Of a DNA stretch of 64,000 nucleotides, positions 31,031 through 45,170 are shown piece by piece. Under the pieces are notes generated by a model. It saw nothing but the letters and a program-made list of their open reading frames with translations, searched no databases and was not told where the DNA came from. The DNA lies in the NCBI RefSeq assembly GCF_006345805.1, contig NC_043024.1, positions 5,332,001 to 5,396,000 of the forward strand, read 5' to 3'. The position numbers were made by a program, and so were the translations under genes. Source of the stretch: Octopus sinensis (taxonomy: Eukaryota). Position 1 is the first letter of the stretch, and the number at the start of each line of letters is the position of its first letter.

Positions 31031-32336
31031 AGGAATGTGAACGCACAAGACGGATATATATATATTGTAGCAATATCGTTCCCTCATTGCTATCTTCACT
31101 GTTTGAGAAGAGTATTAAGAATAATCTCGTTCGAGATTACAAACATCTTCGGCTAGTTTAACATTGTTGTAAACACTAATCCGATTGGCTGACACGTGGT
31201 CTCTACTACGTTCGCACCGCTGGTTGTCACGTGACGCGATTTGCCTCCGCTTATTTTCGCGCCAGTTGTTCCAAGCAGCCAAGCACAGCTTTCCATTTCT
31301 GAAGTTCGTTTTGAGCTACATAAACCTTATATAAAGAAGTGTTCTCAGACAAATATCCGTCTATGGTTCTAGTCCTTCTCAGGACTAACCTCTGACCACA
31401 GAGCTCGTCTTAGGTTATAATCCTTCTCAGGGCTAACCTCTGACCACACAGAGCATACTCGACCATGTTCCAGTTCGAAAGGCAGGCGACCACCATTAAT
31501 ACAAGATGTTACAGATACCTCTCATACTGTTAGTGTGAAAATATCACCACGAAAAGAACGGTTACAGGATATCTATAACTAGAGAAAAATAACCAAGCAG
31601 AATATATTATGAAGACGCAGCAAAAACTAAGCGACAGACACAACTCATCGCCAAACATCGTCTCTATCTACTAAGGTTTAATTTGTACACAAGACAACTA
31701 CAGATTCAACTATAGCGGTTAGGTGAAAATATCACCACGGGAAAAACGGCTACAGTTAATATATCTGGAAGTATATTCATATCAGGAGAAAGATAAAACA
31801 CAAGTGATTCAATTAATCTCAACTACGAGACGCAACACCTTGATATGGAACTCTTACACTCCGTGTACCTCATAAACGGTAAATCAATTATCTGTCTTGA
31901 GTTCTAGTTCTTCTAAGAACTACCTTAAGCCATCTGCTACTAACCGTTGCTAGGCTAATACCAACAACATGAACTGTGAACCAAATTACATTGTTATTTC
32001 TCTGGTCAGTACCTTTTATGCCTCACGAACACACAGACACAAAAACATGCTAACACTTACAAACTTCCAACCAACATGATTGTAAAATATGTATAATAAA
32101 TAATGTATATATCTCAAAAAGAAATCTTGTCATTCCACTTGTGTTCTATTGCCGCTGTATGTATTATATGGTCTGTAATATCTCATTAAGAATATGGCCA
32201 CGTGCGACCGTGTCTCGTACACGATACGACCGCATGTGATTGTACTTCTTATAATATATATATATACACACACACACACGTATATATATATAGCCAGTCA
32301 AATAGCCAGATAACCGAAGAGATGGCGTTGTGGATT

Positions 32337-32812
32337 CCCATCTCTCTATTTTCAAGAGGTTTATACCACAGACATATCTATCGTAATAACACCTCCTGGA
32401 CATTGCGTCTGTCCTAGACACACACCAATATACATGTCAATGACACTAGATATCTGATGGTTTCACCTCAGTCATGTGTCGTATTAACACAGCTTTGTTT
32501 GGTAACATAGACATCACTCCTCCTCTGCCTCATTCTGTACATTCGTAAATACACAAATACATAGATACGGGCAGCTTGATGTCAAAATTCTGTGGAGCTT
32601 GAAACATGGAGAAAAGTCAGTAAAGTATCAACATTCTTTTCTACTCTAAGGCACAAAGCTCGAAGATTTTGAGGAAGGGCCAGTCAATTAGATTGATCCC
32701 AGTAAACAACTCGTACTTAACTTATCGACCCCGAAATGATGAAGGGCAAAATCGACCTTGGCGGAATTTGAACTCAGAACGTAAAGACAGACAAAATACT
32801 GCTAAGCATTTC

Positions 32813-32856
<44 letters not shown>

Positions 32857-35330
32857 ACGGTAGAAGTAAAGACCTGAACCCTTCAAAGGGATGTTTAGCA
32901 TCGAAGTTCCCTAGGAAAAGCCTAATTTGTAATTTGAAAAGGATTATATTTCCCTCAAAGTTATGAGGGAAAAACTCGGATCTTGTGAATCGTCCCAAGT
33001 CCTCTCCCCACCCCCTCGGAAAAGGTTTTCCCCACAAATTTCTTTATAATTGTAATCTATACCGTCTGAAAGGTATTTATATAAAATTTCATTTTTAAAA
33101 ACCCATTTTAAAGTTATGAGGAAAAAACATCGGATCTTGTGAATTTTCCGAAGGCCTCTCCCCACCCCCGTAGCTTTCCAGACCTTTTTTTTTTTTTACA
33201 CCAGTTCCACAAATTTTTTTTTTCGATTTCGTTTTCGGGTAATAATTTCTTCTCTTTCTCTTTTTTTTTTTGCGAAATACGTACAAAAATACGGAGTTTA
33301 TGATTCATGATAATCATTTAGAACAAGTAGTTTTACACCAACTACACTATTTTTTTCTTAGTTTAAAGGCCGTGGAGTGAAGATGTGAAATTTCCGAGGC
33401 CTCTCCCCACCCCACTTTCGCGAGTGCGCATTTTTTTCATCATATTCGTTTAGAGCAAGTTGTTTTACACATATTACACTATATTTGTTTTTGTTTTTTT
33501 GACGCTTTAGTTTAACCATAATGTCAACATACAAGGATGTATATAAAGCTAATTCTGTAAAAATGTATGTGTATATGTTTATCTATATATTTTTTGTATG
33601 TATTCATATATGCATAAGTTTCAAAAGATATTAGAATAATGAAATAAAAGTCAGTCATAATAAGAGATCTCCCCCAAATCTATTTCCTTAATTTTTAACG
33701 GCGACAGTAAAGAATACGTACACCCGGTCTTTAGGGTTGGTTTTAGTTAGGCTGAAAACGGGTGGTGGACTCGTTCTTTACCTCCAACATTTTAAACCGT
33801 TTCTAGCACGCATAAAAATTTCGGCCCATATTTTGGCAATTTGGATTTTGAAGAATTTAAAACAAGGTAAAAAAGAAACGAATTCACCTCCTTCGTTTGC
33901 AAATTTTGGGGCGCTGTGGAACCCCACCAAAAACTATTGAGGCACGGCAGCAAGCTTACAGCGTTAAAACGGGTGGTGCGCTGGAACAAACCAAGCACCC
34001 TCATGAGGTTCACCAGTTAAAACTACGAATTAAAAAAGAAAAACAGTGGAAAGTTTTGGAATTAGGATGGAGGGAGTTGGTTAAAAAATTTTTCTTTTAT
34101 TCTTTCTTTTGCATAATCATATTAATTCCATTAGGCAGAAGACAAATGAAAAAATTTGTAAAAATTAGAAAAAAAAGTTAGAAGGGGGGTTTGCACGTAC
34201 TTACATCATAACTCCGCCACGTTTTAATGTACTAACGACTAGTTTTTAATTAAAAGATCATATAAACGGATTTTTATTGTTGGTCAAATTGGGTACTTTG
34301 TAGTGTTTCAATACAGAGCAGTTTAATTTCTTCTGTAGACGATAGTGTCTTTTCGTTTCAGTATGTCAAGTGCACACTCGTACTTTTACACGTTCACCAT
34401 TGTTTTTTTGTTACAAATTACATCGGAATTTTCTCGCAATTAACTTAATTATTCTCAAATTTATATGTCAGAAACACAGAGAAAATGTTATCTAAACAAG
34501 ATAATGATCTGACGTTAACAAATATAGAAAAATAACCTAAAATGCAGTGAGATGTCTAAAGGAAAGCGAAAACACAATGAAAGTATTAAAATAATAGCCT
34601 TACTTTCATATAATTTCGTGTTTGTTTGGGGAGATTCTTTCTTTTAACTTACTCACCACATCCAAACAAACAGATGTATATTGAGCTGGCAGAAACGTTA
34701 GCACGCCGGGCGAAATGCTCAGCGGTATTTCGTCTGCTGGTATGTTCTGGGTTCAAATTCCGCCGAGGCCGACTGTGCCTTTCATCCTTTCGGGGTCAAT
34801 TAAATAAGTACCAGTTACGCACTGGAGTCGGTGTAATCGAATTAATCCGTTTGTTTGTCCCCTCTATGTTTAGCCCCTTGTGGGTAGTAAAGAAATAGGT
34901 ATTTCGTCTGCCGTTACGTTCTGAGTTCAAATTCGGCCGAGGTCGACTTTGCCTTTCATCCTTTCTGGGTCGATAAATTAAGTACCAGTTACGCACTCGG
35001 GTCGGTGTAATCGACTTACTCCGTTTGTCTGTCCTTGTTTGTCCTCTCTGCGTTTAGCTCCCTGTAGTTAGTAAAGAAATATATATATGACACATATACA
35101 ATAGAAATGTTTATATAAATATAATACTTACATAGTAATGCATATGCGAAGAGAGAGAGAGTCAACGAAGATGTGAGAATATGTTGAAGTGGTTAGAACT
35201 AAAGTCAGAGTGGACAATGAGAGCTTCAAGAGGATTTCTTATTCCTTACAACAAACATTAATTCGTATTTTTCGGGTCAACATAAAAATGTGTAATCATT
35301 CGTTTTGAGTAGACAATAAAACCAACTTTC
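32337..35330 (-). repeat. Orphan 5' module of a zinc-finger gene unit (unit C), no finger exon
   Basis: 32337-32623 matches 3724-3998; 34345-34680 matches about 4665-4980; 35085-35300 matches about 4985-5170 including the GTAAGT donor. Confidence 0.8.
34683..35080 (+). repeat. Two tandem tRNA-derived SINE copies (second 5'-truncated)
   Basis: gagctggcagaaacgttagc...gggttcaaattcc...gtagtaaagaaat; inverted copies at 36421-36633 and 32650-32812. Confidence 0.8.
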
Positions 35331-35429
35331 CGTGAGCACGTGTTGTCTTGTCAACTGCGAGCTTCTTCTTGTGTGTGTTGTATTTTAAACTTGGTGGAAA
35401 AAGCCTTAAATATTTGGGATCTTTTCTAA

Positions 35430-35777
35430 TTTTTTTAATGAAAAATGTGGATGTTTCCAATGTTATCACATGTCATACACAACACTGCATTTGCCATTAC
35501 CCTCCTCCCACAGACACCACATGGATCCACCTTACTCACTAACACTTCTCCTTCCACCCCACTCACTATCACCGTTCTCTCCCCAAGGTTTACCTTCAAA
35601 TCCTTGCTTTCAAATGCCTCCTTCCATTTCCAAAACTTCTCTCTCATCAGAACAAGGTCATCTGCATACAGTATCTCCATTTACAGTCTCTTTCTTGCAC
35701 TCTCCTTCTCCACATCAACCACTATTGCAAACAACAATGGTGACAATACAGATCCCTGATGCACACCAACTTTCACC
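35430..35777 (-). mobile_element. RTE LINE RT fragment
   Basis: EILYADDLVL...WKEAFESKDLKVNLG...KVDPCGVCGRRVMANAVLC. Confidence 0.8.
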
Positions 35778-35810
35778 ACAAACAAGCTGGTTACTATATA
35801 TATATATATA

Positions 35811-36243
35811 CCGTAAATCCTCGAGTATAACACCTAAACCTTGTGTATAATACACACCCCTTCTCTAACTTGAGTCATGCGTCATTAAGCCAGCAGCACC
35901 TAGTCAAACAAACACTTCCACGCATGCGTAATACAATAATAGTGATGTTCTTAACTGTTATATGGGAATGTAAATATGTTTGCAAATTGTTATTGTTACA
36001 TGTTATTCTGTGTTCAGAATACTTTTATTTTAATAAATGTTGCTTATTGCAAGTTATGGATGATTCTTTTATGACTTCATTGCTTTCAGGCTTAGCTTAA
36101 TAAACATTGCCTGACAGCAAAATAGAGACTCGGACATTGCTTAGAAAATATTTTTCATTTTTAATTTCGTATATAGTACACACTAGGGATTTTGACCGAT
36201 AAATTTTGGGAAAAAAATGCGGATTATACTCAAGGATTTACGG
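35811..36243. mobile_element. 433-bp MITE, Tc2/pogo-like
   Basis: 20-bp TIR CCGTAAATCCTCGAGTATAA / TTATACTCAAGGATTTACGG flanked by TA; lies inside another 3'-flank paralog (35778-36412). Confidence 0.85.
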
Positions 36244-39044
36244 TATACATATATATTATTTTTGTGGGCGGTCTGGATGATATTTTTTGCAGAGTAATTA
36301 CATAACATATAAGGAGACTGGAAAACAGTTTGATAGTATTTATTCAGCATTACATGTGTTTCATTTCCTAATAGGAATTACAAACTATTAGATGTGTAGA
36401 AAACATATAAGATAGATATATAACATAGAGAGGATAAACAAGGACAGACAAAGGGATTAATTCGATTACATTGACCCCAGTGCGAAACTGGTACTTTCTA
36501 TCTACGACCCGAGAAAGGAATGAAGAGAAAAGTCAACACTCGGCGAAGAAGATTTGAATCAGAACTAGCGCAGACTAGAAATACACCCTGAGCATTTCGC
36601 CGCGCGCTAACGTTTCTGCCAGCTCGCCGCCTATATATATACACACACACACATATATATATATACATATACATACACATATATATATATACATATAAGT
36701 ATACATATATACATACACATACATAGATATACATATACATTCATATACATGTATATATATATATACATATGTGTACATATATAGAAATATATATACAGAT
36801 ATGCATATACACACACATATATATATATAGATGTATATATATACATATTTATTTCTAATGAATACACGCGCTGGCCAATGATAGATCCTGTACGTGGCTA
36901 ATTGCTTTGCTAGAAATTCCAGCGCAGTTATCCTCTGATCATATCCCATCATCTTAAAGAAGAATATATTTGATAATATATGTTAGGTTCCTATGTCTCC
37001 TATACATTGCAGAACAATGACAGGATAACAACTGGAACGCTTTTGGACACAAACCTGGTTAATCAGGGCTGTATACATATCCACACGATTGCTCACATAC
37101 ACGACGAATGAACATGCAGAGTATAAAACTTTTCGCAAGTACATCATTAGAGACAATGACACATGTACATTAGGAAAATGTATGTTTAACATATTTACGA
37201 ATGCACAGCACACTTCTTTATAACATATGCGTAACGCATAGACACACAGACACATTGACACTCATATTCAACATACACCGAGCATAGAAACAGCCCCCTC
37301 CAACCCATAAAACCACAAGAGCAATAACATATAAACGGAACAAATACAAATACCAACAGAAACGACCAGTATACCCATATTCAGACAATCTATACATATC
37401 CATGTTGGGCATATATACATATCAGATCACACCTCATTGCATCTTCAAAAGAACATTTTGTTTGTATATCATTGATGTATGTATATCATTACAAATATTT
37501 ATAGCTTCAATATATGAACTGCTGAAAAGAATTATACGCCATATTGGTTTGTTTTATTACGTAGCGCATGTTATAACGTCACTGTATCTATGACATAACA
37601 TTTCTATAAACATTTTAACATAGGCACAAAGCCACATGTTCAAGGAAAATGGTTTGTCGATACTGGGCTACACAACTGTTACTTTATACTATCGACACTA
37701 TGAATGAAAGGCATAGTTGATTGTTGGGATTTGAAGTAAGTTCCAGAGGGCACAACACCTCGCTATCCTCTCAGAAACAGTGGGCAGAGAAGATGGATGG
37801 ACGACCGTTAAAACTCCGTTGATCATTTCCCAGTTGGAACAGAGCCGATCATGAGTTAAGCAACAGTAACTTAGATAAGACACACAAACTAATTGCAGAT
37901 ATATTATTTTAAACATAGAAAAAACCAAAACTCGTGGTTTTCTAACTACAGCACAAATATCAACGTCAGAGTAAATTAAGAATGCTTGGAATAAGTATCT
38001 TTATTTTTCTATCGAATTTAACTTCCTCAACTTCTTTCATTTCCAAAGTTTCTACTCCTTGTTTATCAAATGTACCAGCGTTCCTGTTGATTATGCTTTC
38101 ATTTTGATCACTGGCTCCCAACCAACTCTTGTGACCCTTCATCGACGTGTTCTAAATTCTTTGCTGTTTTTCCTTCCAGATATTCTACACTATTTCTTGT
38201 TACCCCTCTAACTCTGTGCCCTTAATATATATACATTCAGTCTTACAAGAAAATATACTGTCTCTGTCTCTCTCTGATGACGGCTCCATCTGGAAGTTTA
38301 GAACTTTTCTCTTCCTTAAGTTACATCATATAAATTCACCCCATATTTTCTATTGTATTTTGTGAGAAGTTTGATCTTAAGGAATCGCCTTCAAACCACT
38401 CTCCATCATCTTAAATAGGGAAGAGTATAGTAGATAATGCACTACTAATGACACGGTCTGAAGACAAAAGAGTCACGGTTAAAATGTCGTTGGTCTGCTG
38501 GACTAGGGGTCAGGATGAGCGGTGGGTAAATATAATCAGAAAAACAATGTGCCGTTGAGGCAATTTCTAAGGCGTTCAATGTCCCCTCAGAAATTGAAGA
38601 AATGCATATTAAATTAGACTATTGTCAGATACCCAGATGAAATTGGTAAACGAGAAAAGAGCGACTGCCTGATGCTAAAGTAACTCTACCATATAGCAGA
38701 TGTAAATTGCTTCAGGTAGAATTAAGATGATGTAAATTACTACGTAATGAACTTTACCTACCGATGGACCTGAAGAAAACAGACAATGAAAAGTTAGGCG
38801 ATGGTAGCTTCAAAAATATATTGCTACATAATGATCATGGCATATCGTTAAGGATGCATGATAAATATAGAGCACGTACTTTTCGGGATATTGCAGAAGC
38901 CACAGCTACTGTACATCGAAAAAGCCATGCATTATTCATCATTTCCTACCCTAGTTGAAATGAGACCACGTACTGTGTAGGGTTTCTTCCAAGAAGTATA
39001 TTATGGCAATCTATTTATTAGACAGAACTGAAATTTTGAAATAT

Positions 39045-41472
39045 GAAAACCAAGTATACTCATCTAAAATCTGATACCAAGTATACTCATCTACAATTTG
39101 ATACCAAGCACAATCATCTACAATCTGATACCAAATATACTCATCTACAATTTGATACCAAGTATAATCATCTACAATTTGATACCAAGTATAATCATCT
39201 ACAATTTGATACCAAGTATACTCATCTACAATTTGATACCAAGTATACTCATCTACAATTTGATACCAAGTATACTCATCTACAATTTGATACCAAGTAT
39301 AATCATCTACAATTTGATACCAAGTATACTCATCTACAATTTGATACCAAGTATAATCATCTACAATCTGATACCAAGTATACTCATCTAGAATTAGATA
39401 CCAAGTATACTCATCAATAATTTGATACCATGTATACTCATCTGCGATCTCATACCAACTATACTCCTCTATAATCTGATACCAAGCATACTCATCTACA
39501 TTCTGATACCAACTATACTCAAGAATACTCATCTACAATCTGATACCAAGTATACTCATCTACAATCTGATACCAAGTATACTCATCTACAATTTGATAC
39601 CAACTATACTCATCTAGAATTTGATACCAAATATACTCATCTAGAATTTGATACCAAGTATACTCATCTACATTCTGATACCAACTATACTCATCTAGAA
39701 TTTGATACCAAGTATACTCATCTATAATCTGATACCAAGTATACTCATCTATAATCTGATACCAACTATATTCATCTACAATCTGATACCAACTATACTC
39801 ATCAATAATTTGATACCATGTATACGCATCTACATTCTGATACCAACTATATTCATCTACAATCTGATACCAACTATACTCATCAATAATTTGATACCAA
39901 GTATACTCATCTACAATTTGATACCAAGTATACTCATCTACAATTTGATACCAACTATACTCATCTAGAATTTGATACCAAGTATACTCATCTACAATTT
40001 GATACCAAGTATACTCATCTACAATTTGATACCAACTATACTCATCTACAATTTGATACCAAGTATACTCATCTACAATCTGATATAAAGTATACTCATC
40101 TAAAATCTGATACCAAGTATGCTCATCTAGAATTTGATACCAAGTATACATATCTAAAATCTGATACCAAGTATACTCATCTATAATCTGATACCAAGTA
40201 TACTCATCTACAATCTGATACCAAGTATACTCATCTACAATCTGATACCACGTATACTCATCTACAATCTGATACCAACTATACTCATCTACAATTTGAT
40301 ACCAACTATACTCATCTACAATCTGATACCAAGTATACTCATCTACAATCTGATACCACGTATACTCATCTACAATCTGATACCAACTATACTCATCTAC
40401 AATCTGATACCACGTATACTCATCTACAATTTGATACCAAGTATACTCATCTACAATCTGATACCACGTATACTCATCTACAATTTGATACCAAGTATAC
40501 TCATCTACAATCTGATACCATGTATACTCATATACAATCTGATACCACGTATACTCATCTACAATATGATACCAAGTATACTCATCTACAACATGATACC
40601 AAGTATACTCATCTACAATCTGATACCAAGTATACTCATCTATAATCTGATACCAAGTATACTCATCTACAATATGATACCAAGTATACTCATCTACAAT
40701 CTGATACCAAGTATACTCATCTATAATCTGATACCAAGTATACTCATCTACAATATGATACCAAGTATACTCATCTACAATCTGATACCAAGTATACTCA
40801 TCTATAATCTGATACCAAGTATACTCATCTACAATCTGATACCAACTATACTCATCTAGAATTTTATACCAACTATACTCATCTACAATCTTATACCAAG
40901 TATACTCATCTACAATATGATACCAAGTATACTCATCTATAATCTGATACCAAGTATACTCATCTATAATCTGATACCAAGTATACTCATCTACAATCTG
41001 ATACCAAGTATACTCATCTATAATCTGATACCAAGTATACTCATCTACAACATGATACCACGTATACTCATCTACAATCTGATACCACGTATACTCATCT
41101 ACAATTTGATACCAAGTATACTCATCTACAATTTGATATCAAGTATACTCATCTACAATTTGATACCAAGTATACTCATCTACAATTTGATACCAAGTAT
41201 ACTCATCTACAATTTGATACCAAGTATACTCATCTACAATCTGATACCAACTATACTCATCTACAATTTGATACCAAGTATACTCATCTACAATTTGATA
41301 CCAAGTATACTCATCTACAATTTGATACCAACTATACTCATCTACAATTTGATACCAAGTATACTCATCTACAATTTGATACCAAGTATACTCATCTACA
41401 ATTTGATACCAAGTATATTCATCTACAATCTGATACCAAGTATACTCATCTACAATCTGGTATAAAAGTATA
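39045..41472 (-). repeat. 27-bp tandem array, about 90 units, possibly coding (YQIVDEYTW)n
   Basis: Unit GATACCAAGTATACTCATCTACAAT(C/T)T on the plus strand; one 10-nt irregularity at about 39521-39530. Confidence 0.95.
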
Positions 41473-43034
41473 CTGCATAGAAAGATAAGAAAGACAGAAT
41501 ACTCAGCAGGATTACAATCCACTTATTCTGTAGAGAATTAGTAAGAGTACAGAAGGAAGGCTTATTAAAGGCGTCGACTATAACACGGTAATACGACATT
41601 CCTGGATAAGCTCTTGCCCTTTTAAAAATTCAATTTAAATGTATTCTAATTATTTAATCTTGTGTAGCGATAGATTTGTTCATGTGCTACACAGTCCTTT
41701 TCGGATTCTATGGTTTGTATACAGTCAAAGAAACCTAGAGTCTCTATCATCAAAGGATCCAATTAATCAAAATCCGACATGTTAGAAAACTGCTTACAAT
41801 TTCTTCTGTGGGAAAAGCTATTTGTGAGGAATCAGCGTTTAATCCATTTGAAATTATGTCTTTCAGCGTCTGTCATTAGTAGCAACATATGAATTAGTTA
41901 GCGAGCACTTCTTTAATTTGATAGATTCTGAGAAAGTGGAGAATATTACATGTTTAACTGAAAGAAGGTAAACAGGCCCTCTGCACAGATTTGTCATGAG
42001 AAAAATCTAAGGTCTTAGTAGTTTAGTTATGAAGCTCTGCTTGTGTGTTAAAAGTAGCCTTTTAAATTTTGATGCAGATTTATGTTTCGACGTAGACGTC
42101 TTTATATAGTGTAAGCGAGTGTAGAAGAAGGTGATTGAAAAACTACTAAATGCTGGTGTTCTACCATTATTACGCAACACAATGGAAACTTTGGGCGCGC
42201 CACTCAGGTTCGTATAAACAGGTTTATCGCTTGCAACAGCAGATGGGGGAGTATCCAGTTGAAATGTGAGATAGTGGTCTTTGTGCTAGGAAAGAGAGTG
42301 AGTAAGAAGGAGAAAGAGGCAGAGGCAGAGAGAGGGAGGGCTAGGTGGATATTATCAGGGCCAATTGTAAAGTGCTTGGTAAATATATATGAACACAAAC
42401 CATACTCACGTACATACATATTGTTTCGTATAATAGTAATGTTATAATGTATTACTAATATTCTTTCAAACTGCTAAAGCCCTCCTCTCCCCCTTAACTC
42501 TCAACGCATATATTTAATTAAATAATTGCCCTGATACGTTTTGAGAATATATATTGAAAATATTTATGGCAAAATTTTATTAGATTATCAATGGAATTTA
42601 TAATATCGGATATCATATATTTTACAATATATTGAAACATAATTAGCCTCGTTGTTAATGAATATTGGGTTTATGCTCAAAATGGTAAATATAAAGACAG
42701 AAACAGGGTGAAATTTTTCACAAAATATTTGTATGTAGAGTTATTTCATGCATAAAACGATACTTTTTAAATGTAATTATGCGCAACGCAGATCTCTAGA
42801 AATTCAATGATAAAATAGTGTTGCTTTGTTGAGAAAGGAAATATATTATATGAATAATTTCTCTACTTGAAACAGGTGAATTTAGGTAGAAAGAGTGCTG
42901 TTTGCTAGTTAGAAATCATGAATTTGTATATAATTAGTAAATATTCCAGTTGTAAATCTAATTAGAAGAGATTACTTCTAATTATACAAATATGCTTAAA
43001 ATACGAACATATCAAATATACCTGTATGCCTAAA

Positions 43035-43330
43035 CAAAATAATTGAAACGATTTGGAGGCCACCCTCCACCTTTGATCCAAATTACTGGGAGAATAGCGC
43101 CATGGACCAGCCAAAATGGCAGCAAGCCATCGTCAAGGGAATGGTCCAGATGAAAATAATAGACGTCAAAAAGCAGAGATCAGACTTTGAAGATGCAAAG
43201 AGCGACTGGTATTTCCTGCTCCCCGCCAACCTTCCCCTGCGATAAACACTCCACCATCCCTGGCCTGAACAGTCACCCCAGGCAGCGGTACCCTACTCAC
43301 TCACCAACATGAAAAGGGCCATTCACTCGC
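43035..43330 (+). mobile_element. Possible old RTE 3' relic
   Basis: Remnants resembling WENSAMDQPKWQQAI and a C-terminal FPC...GLNSH; heavily degenerate. Confidence 0.3.
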
Positions 43331-44399
43331 TACAGATTAACTACTCGATTACGAGTTGATGCCGAGGATGACGATCAAATATGCCTCTATATCTATGCAA
43401 AACAATTGAAACAATTTGGTTTCTCCTCAAACTTTGGTTTTTCCTACAAATGTGCAGAAGCGAACTGTTGTCAGTATTACTCAAGCGCCATATCGATTTC
43501 CCCAAACAAGCCAATCTTTTGTAAATCACTAAGTACATGCGTGACAACCACTTTATATAATATAATTAATATTCTCCCATTATTTTCATCATAATTATCA
43601 TTAAATACAATTTTTTTATTTCATATATAATGATACCTTCCTCTAAAATATATAACTACTTCAGAGTTTGGTGTGTTCATAAGTACTAAATATAACAGAT
43701 AACAATAGTCCAAGTTGTCAAATATCTAATAATTCTTCTATAACCTTTCTTATAGCCTTTTCCACGCTCTCAACAAGTAGGAAGAAGAATAAAATGTTTT
43801 CCAAGCAGAAACTGACGCAAGAACTTGCAAGAAATTTGATTCCGATAGAGCCATGCGCGGACCAGATGTTCAGAACACCAGATGTATTAATTTCTTATGA
43901 CAACAGGATATGGTTTCAAATAAATTCGGCTGCTATATAGAGCCATGAACATCACATAGACTCAACCGTTTTGGTTCGTCAATGATGTTCGTTGTTGTTG
44001 TTGTTGTTGTTTGTTACCATATTGGTCAGTCCTGATCGGGAAGACATAGTACCAAGGATATTCCAGGTCTAAATTTTCTTGGTCTATCCTATCTTTAGAT
44101 TATCCACTGTGGTTTTTATATTTTTATTTCCGATGATATTTAAAAGTTTCCATCAATCAGAACTTACCTATTCCATCTAATTTATCCAGTTTATTGACAA
44201 GATACATAAATCATCTACTCACATGAAGGATTATGGACACAATTATTAACGGGTTAAACTTTAAAACTTACACACATGTTTTCCTAATTATAGTTATATT
44301 ATTTTGATTCTCTTATTTTGTTATGGCCTTTTGTCACTCACACATAACTACATCGGCATACAACCTACCATAAAGTCTATGCATAATAGACTTTATACA

Positions 44400-45170
44400 T
44401 ATATGTCTCTCCATCCACCAGACCCGCTCTCTCTCTCCCCTCCTCTCTCTCTCTCTCTCTGCCATCGTTTCTCTTTCTGCATCTCTCGCTCAGATCAATT
44501 TTCTCACATCTCACCCCCCTCTCAGTTCCTCTACTTCACTCATTCTCTCTTGTATCTATATACCGCCCTCTCTCTCTGTTACTCCCCTCCCTCTCTCTGA
44601 CTCTTTTCTCTCCGCTCCTTCACAGGTCAGACCCCTTTTCCTCTTCTCCTTCTGTCCCCTTATTTGTTTCTCTACACCACCCTCCCTGTCCCTTTACTAC
44701 AATCTCTTGCACCTCTGTTGCGCCCCCGTTGTCCCTCTCTCCCCTTTTTCTTCCTACCTTTCCTCTCCCTGCTCCCTCTAAGGCTCACCCCCTTGTCTCT
44801 TTTTTCCTCTTTCTGTCTCCTTCCTCCACACCACCCTCTCTGTCCCTTTACTTCACTCTCGGGTACCTCTATTCCGCCCTCTCTCTCTCTCTCTCCCTCT
44901 CCATTTTATCTCTCCGCCTTTCTTCTCCCTGCTCCCCCTAGGGTCCATCCTCTTGTCTCTCTTTTCCTCCCGGTCCCTTTACTTTCTTTCTACTACACCT
45001 CTATCCCGCTCACTCTCCCCTGCTGACCTGCCATTCTTTCTCTTTTTTTCCTCTTTTTCTCTTTTTTCTCTCTTCTCTCAGGACAATCCCCTCGTCTCTC
45101 TCTTTATCCCCCCTGGCTTTTCTCCTTTCTCCTCTCCCTCTCCGGTCAACCGTCTTATCTTTCCTTCTCT
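44400..45170 (+). repeat. Pyrimidine-rich tract with about four 140-160 bp degenerate monomers
   Basis: agg..c.ccc..ttgtctct anchors at about 44624, 44781, 44940 and 45080. Confidence 0.65.

Noticed and set aside
39043-41465. Plus-strand (IPSILIYNL)n and (DTKYTHLQF)n ORFs
   Set aside because: The common unit variants repeatedly introduce stops in these frames.
39045-41472. CRISPR-like array
   Set aside because: Units are head-to-tail with no unique spacers, there are no cas genes, and the context is eukaryotic.
41450-41527. Signal-peptide or TM-like stretch (SVFLIFLCSILL, or KWIVILLSILSFLSFYAVYF in another frame)
   Set aside because: The start is GTG preceded by an in-frame TAA, and the hydrophobicity is explained by a polypyrimidine tract. 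A short TM-coding exon from the 41528 acceptor cannot be fully excluded.
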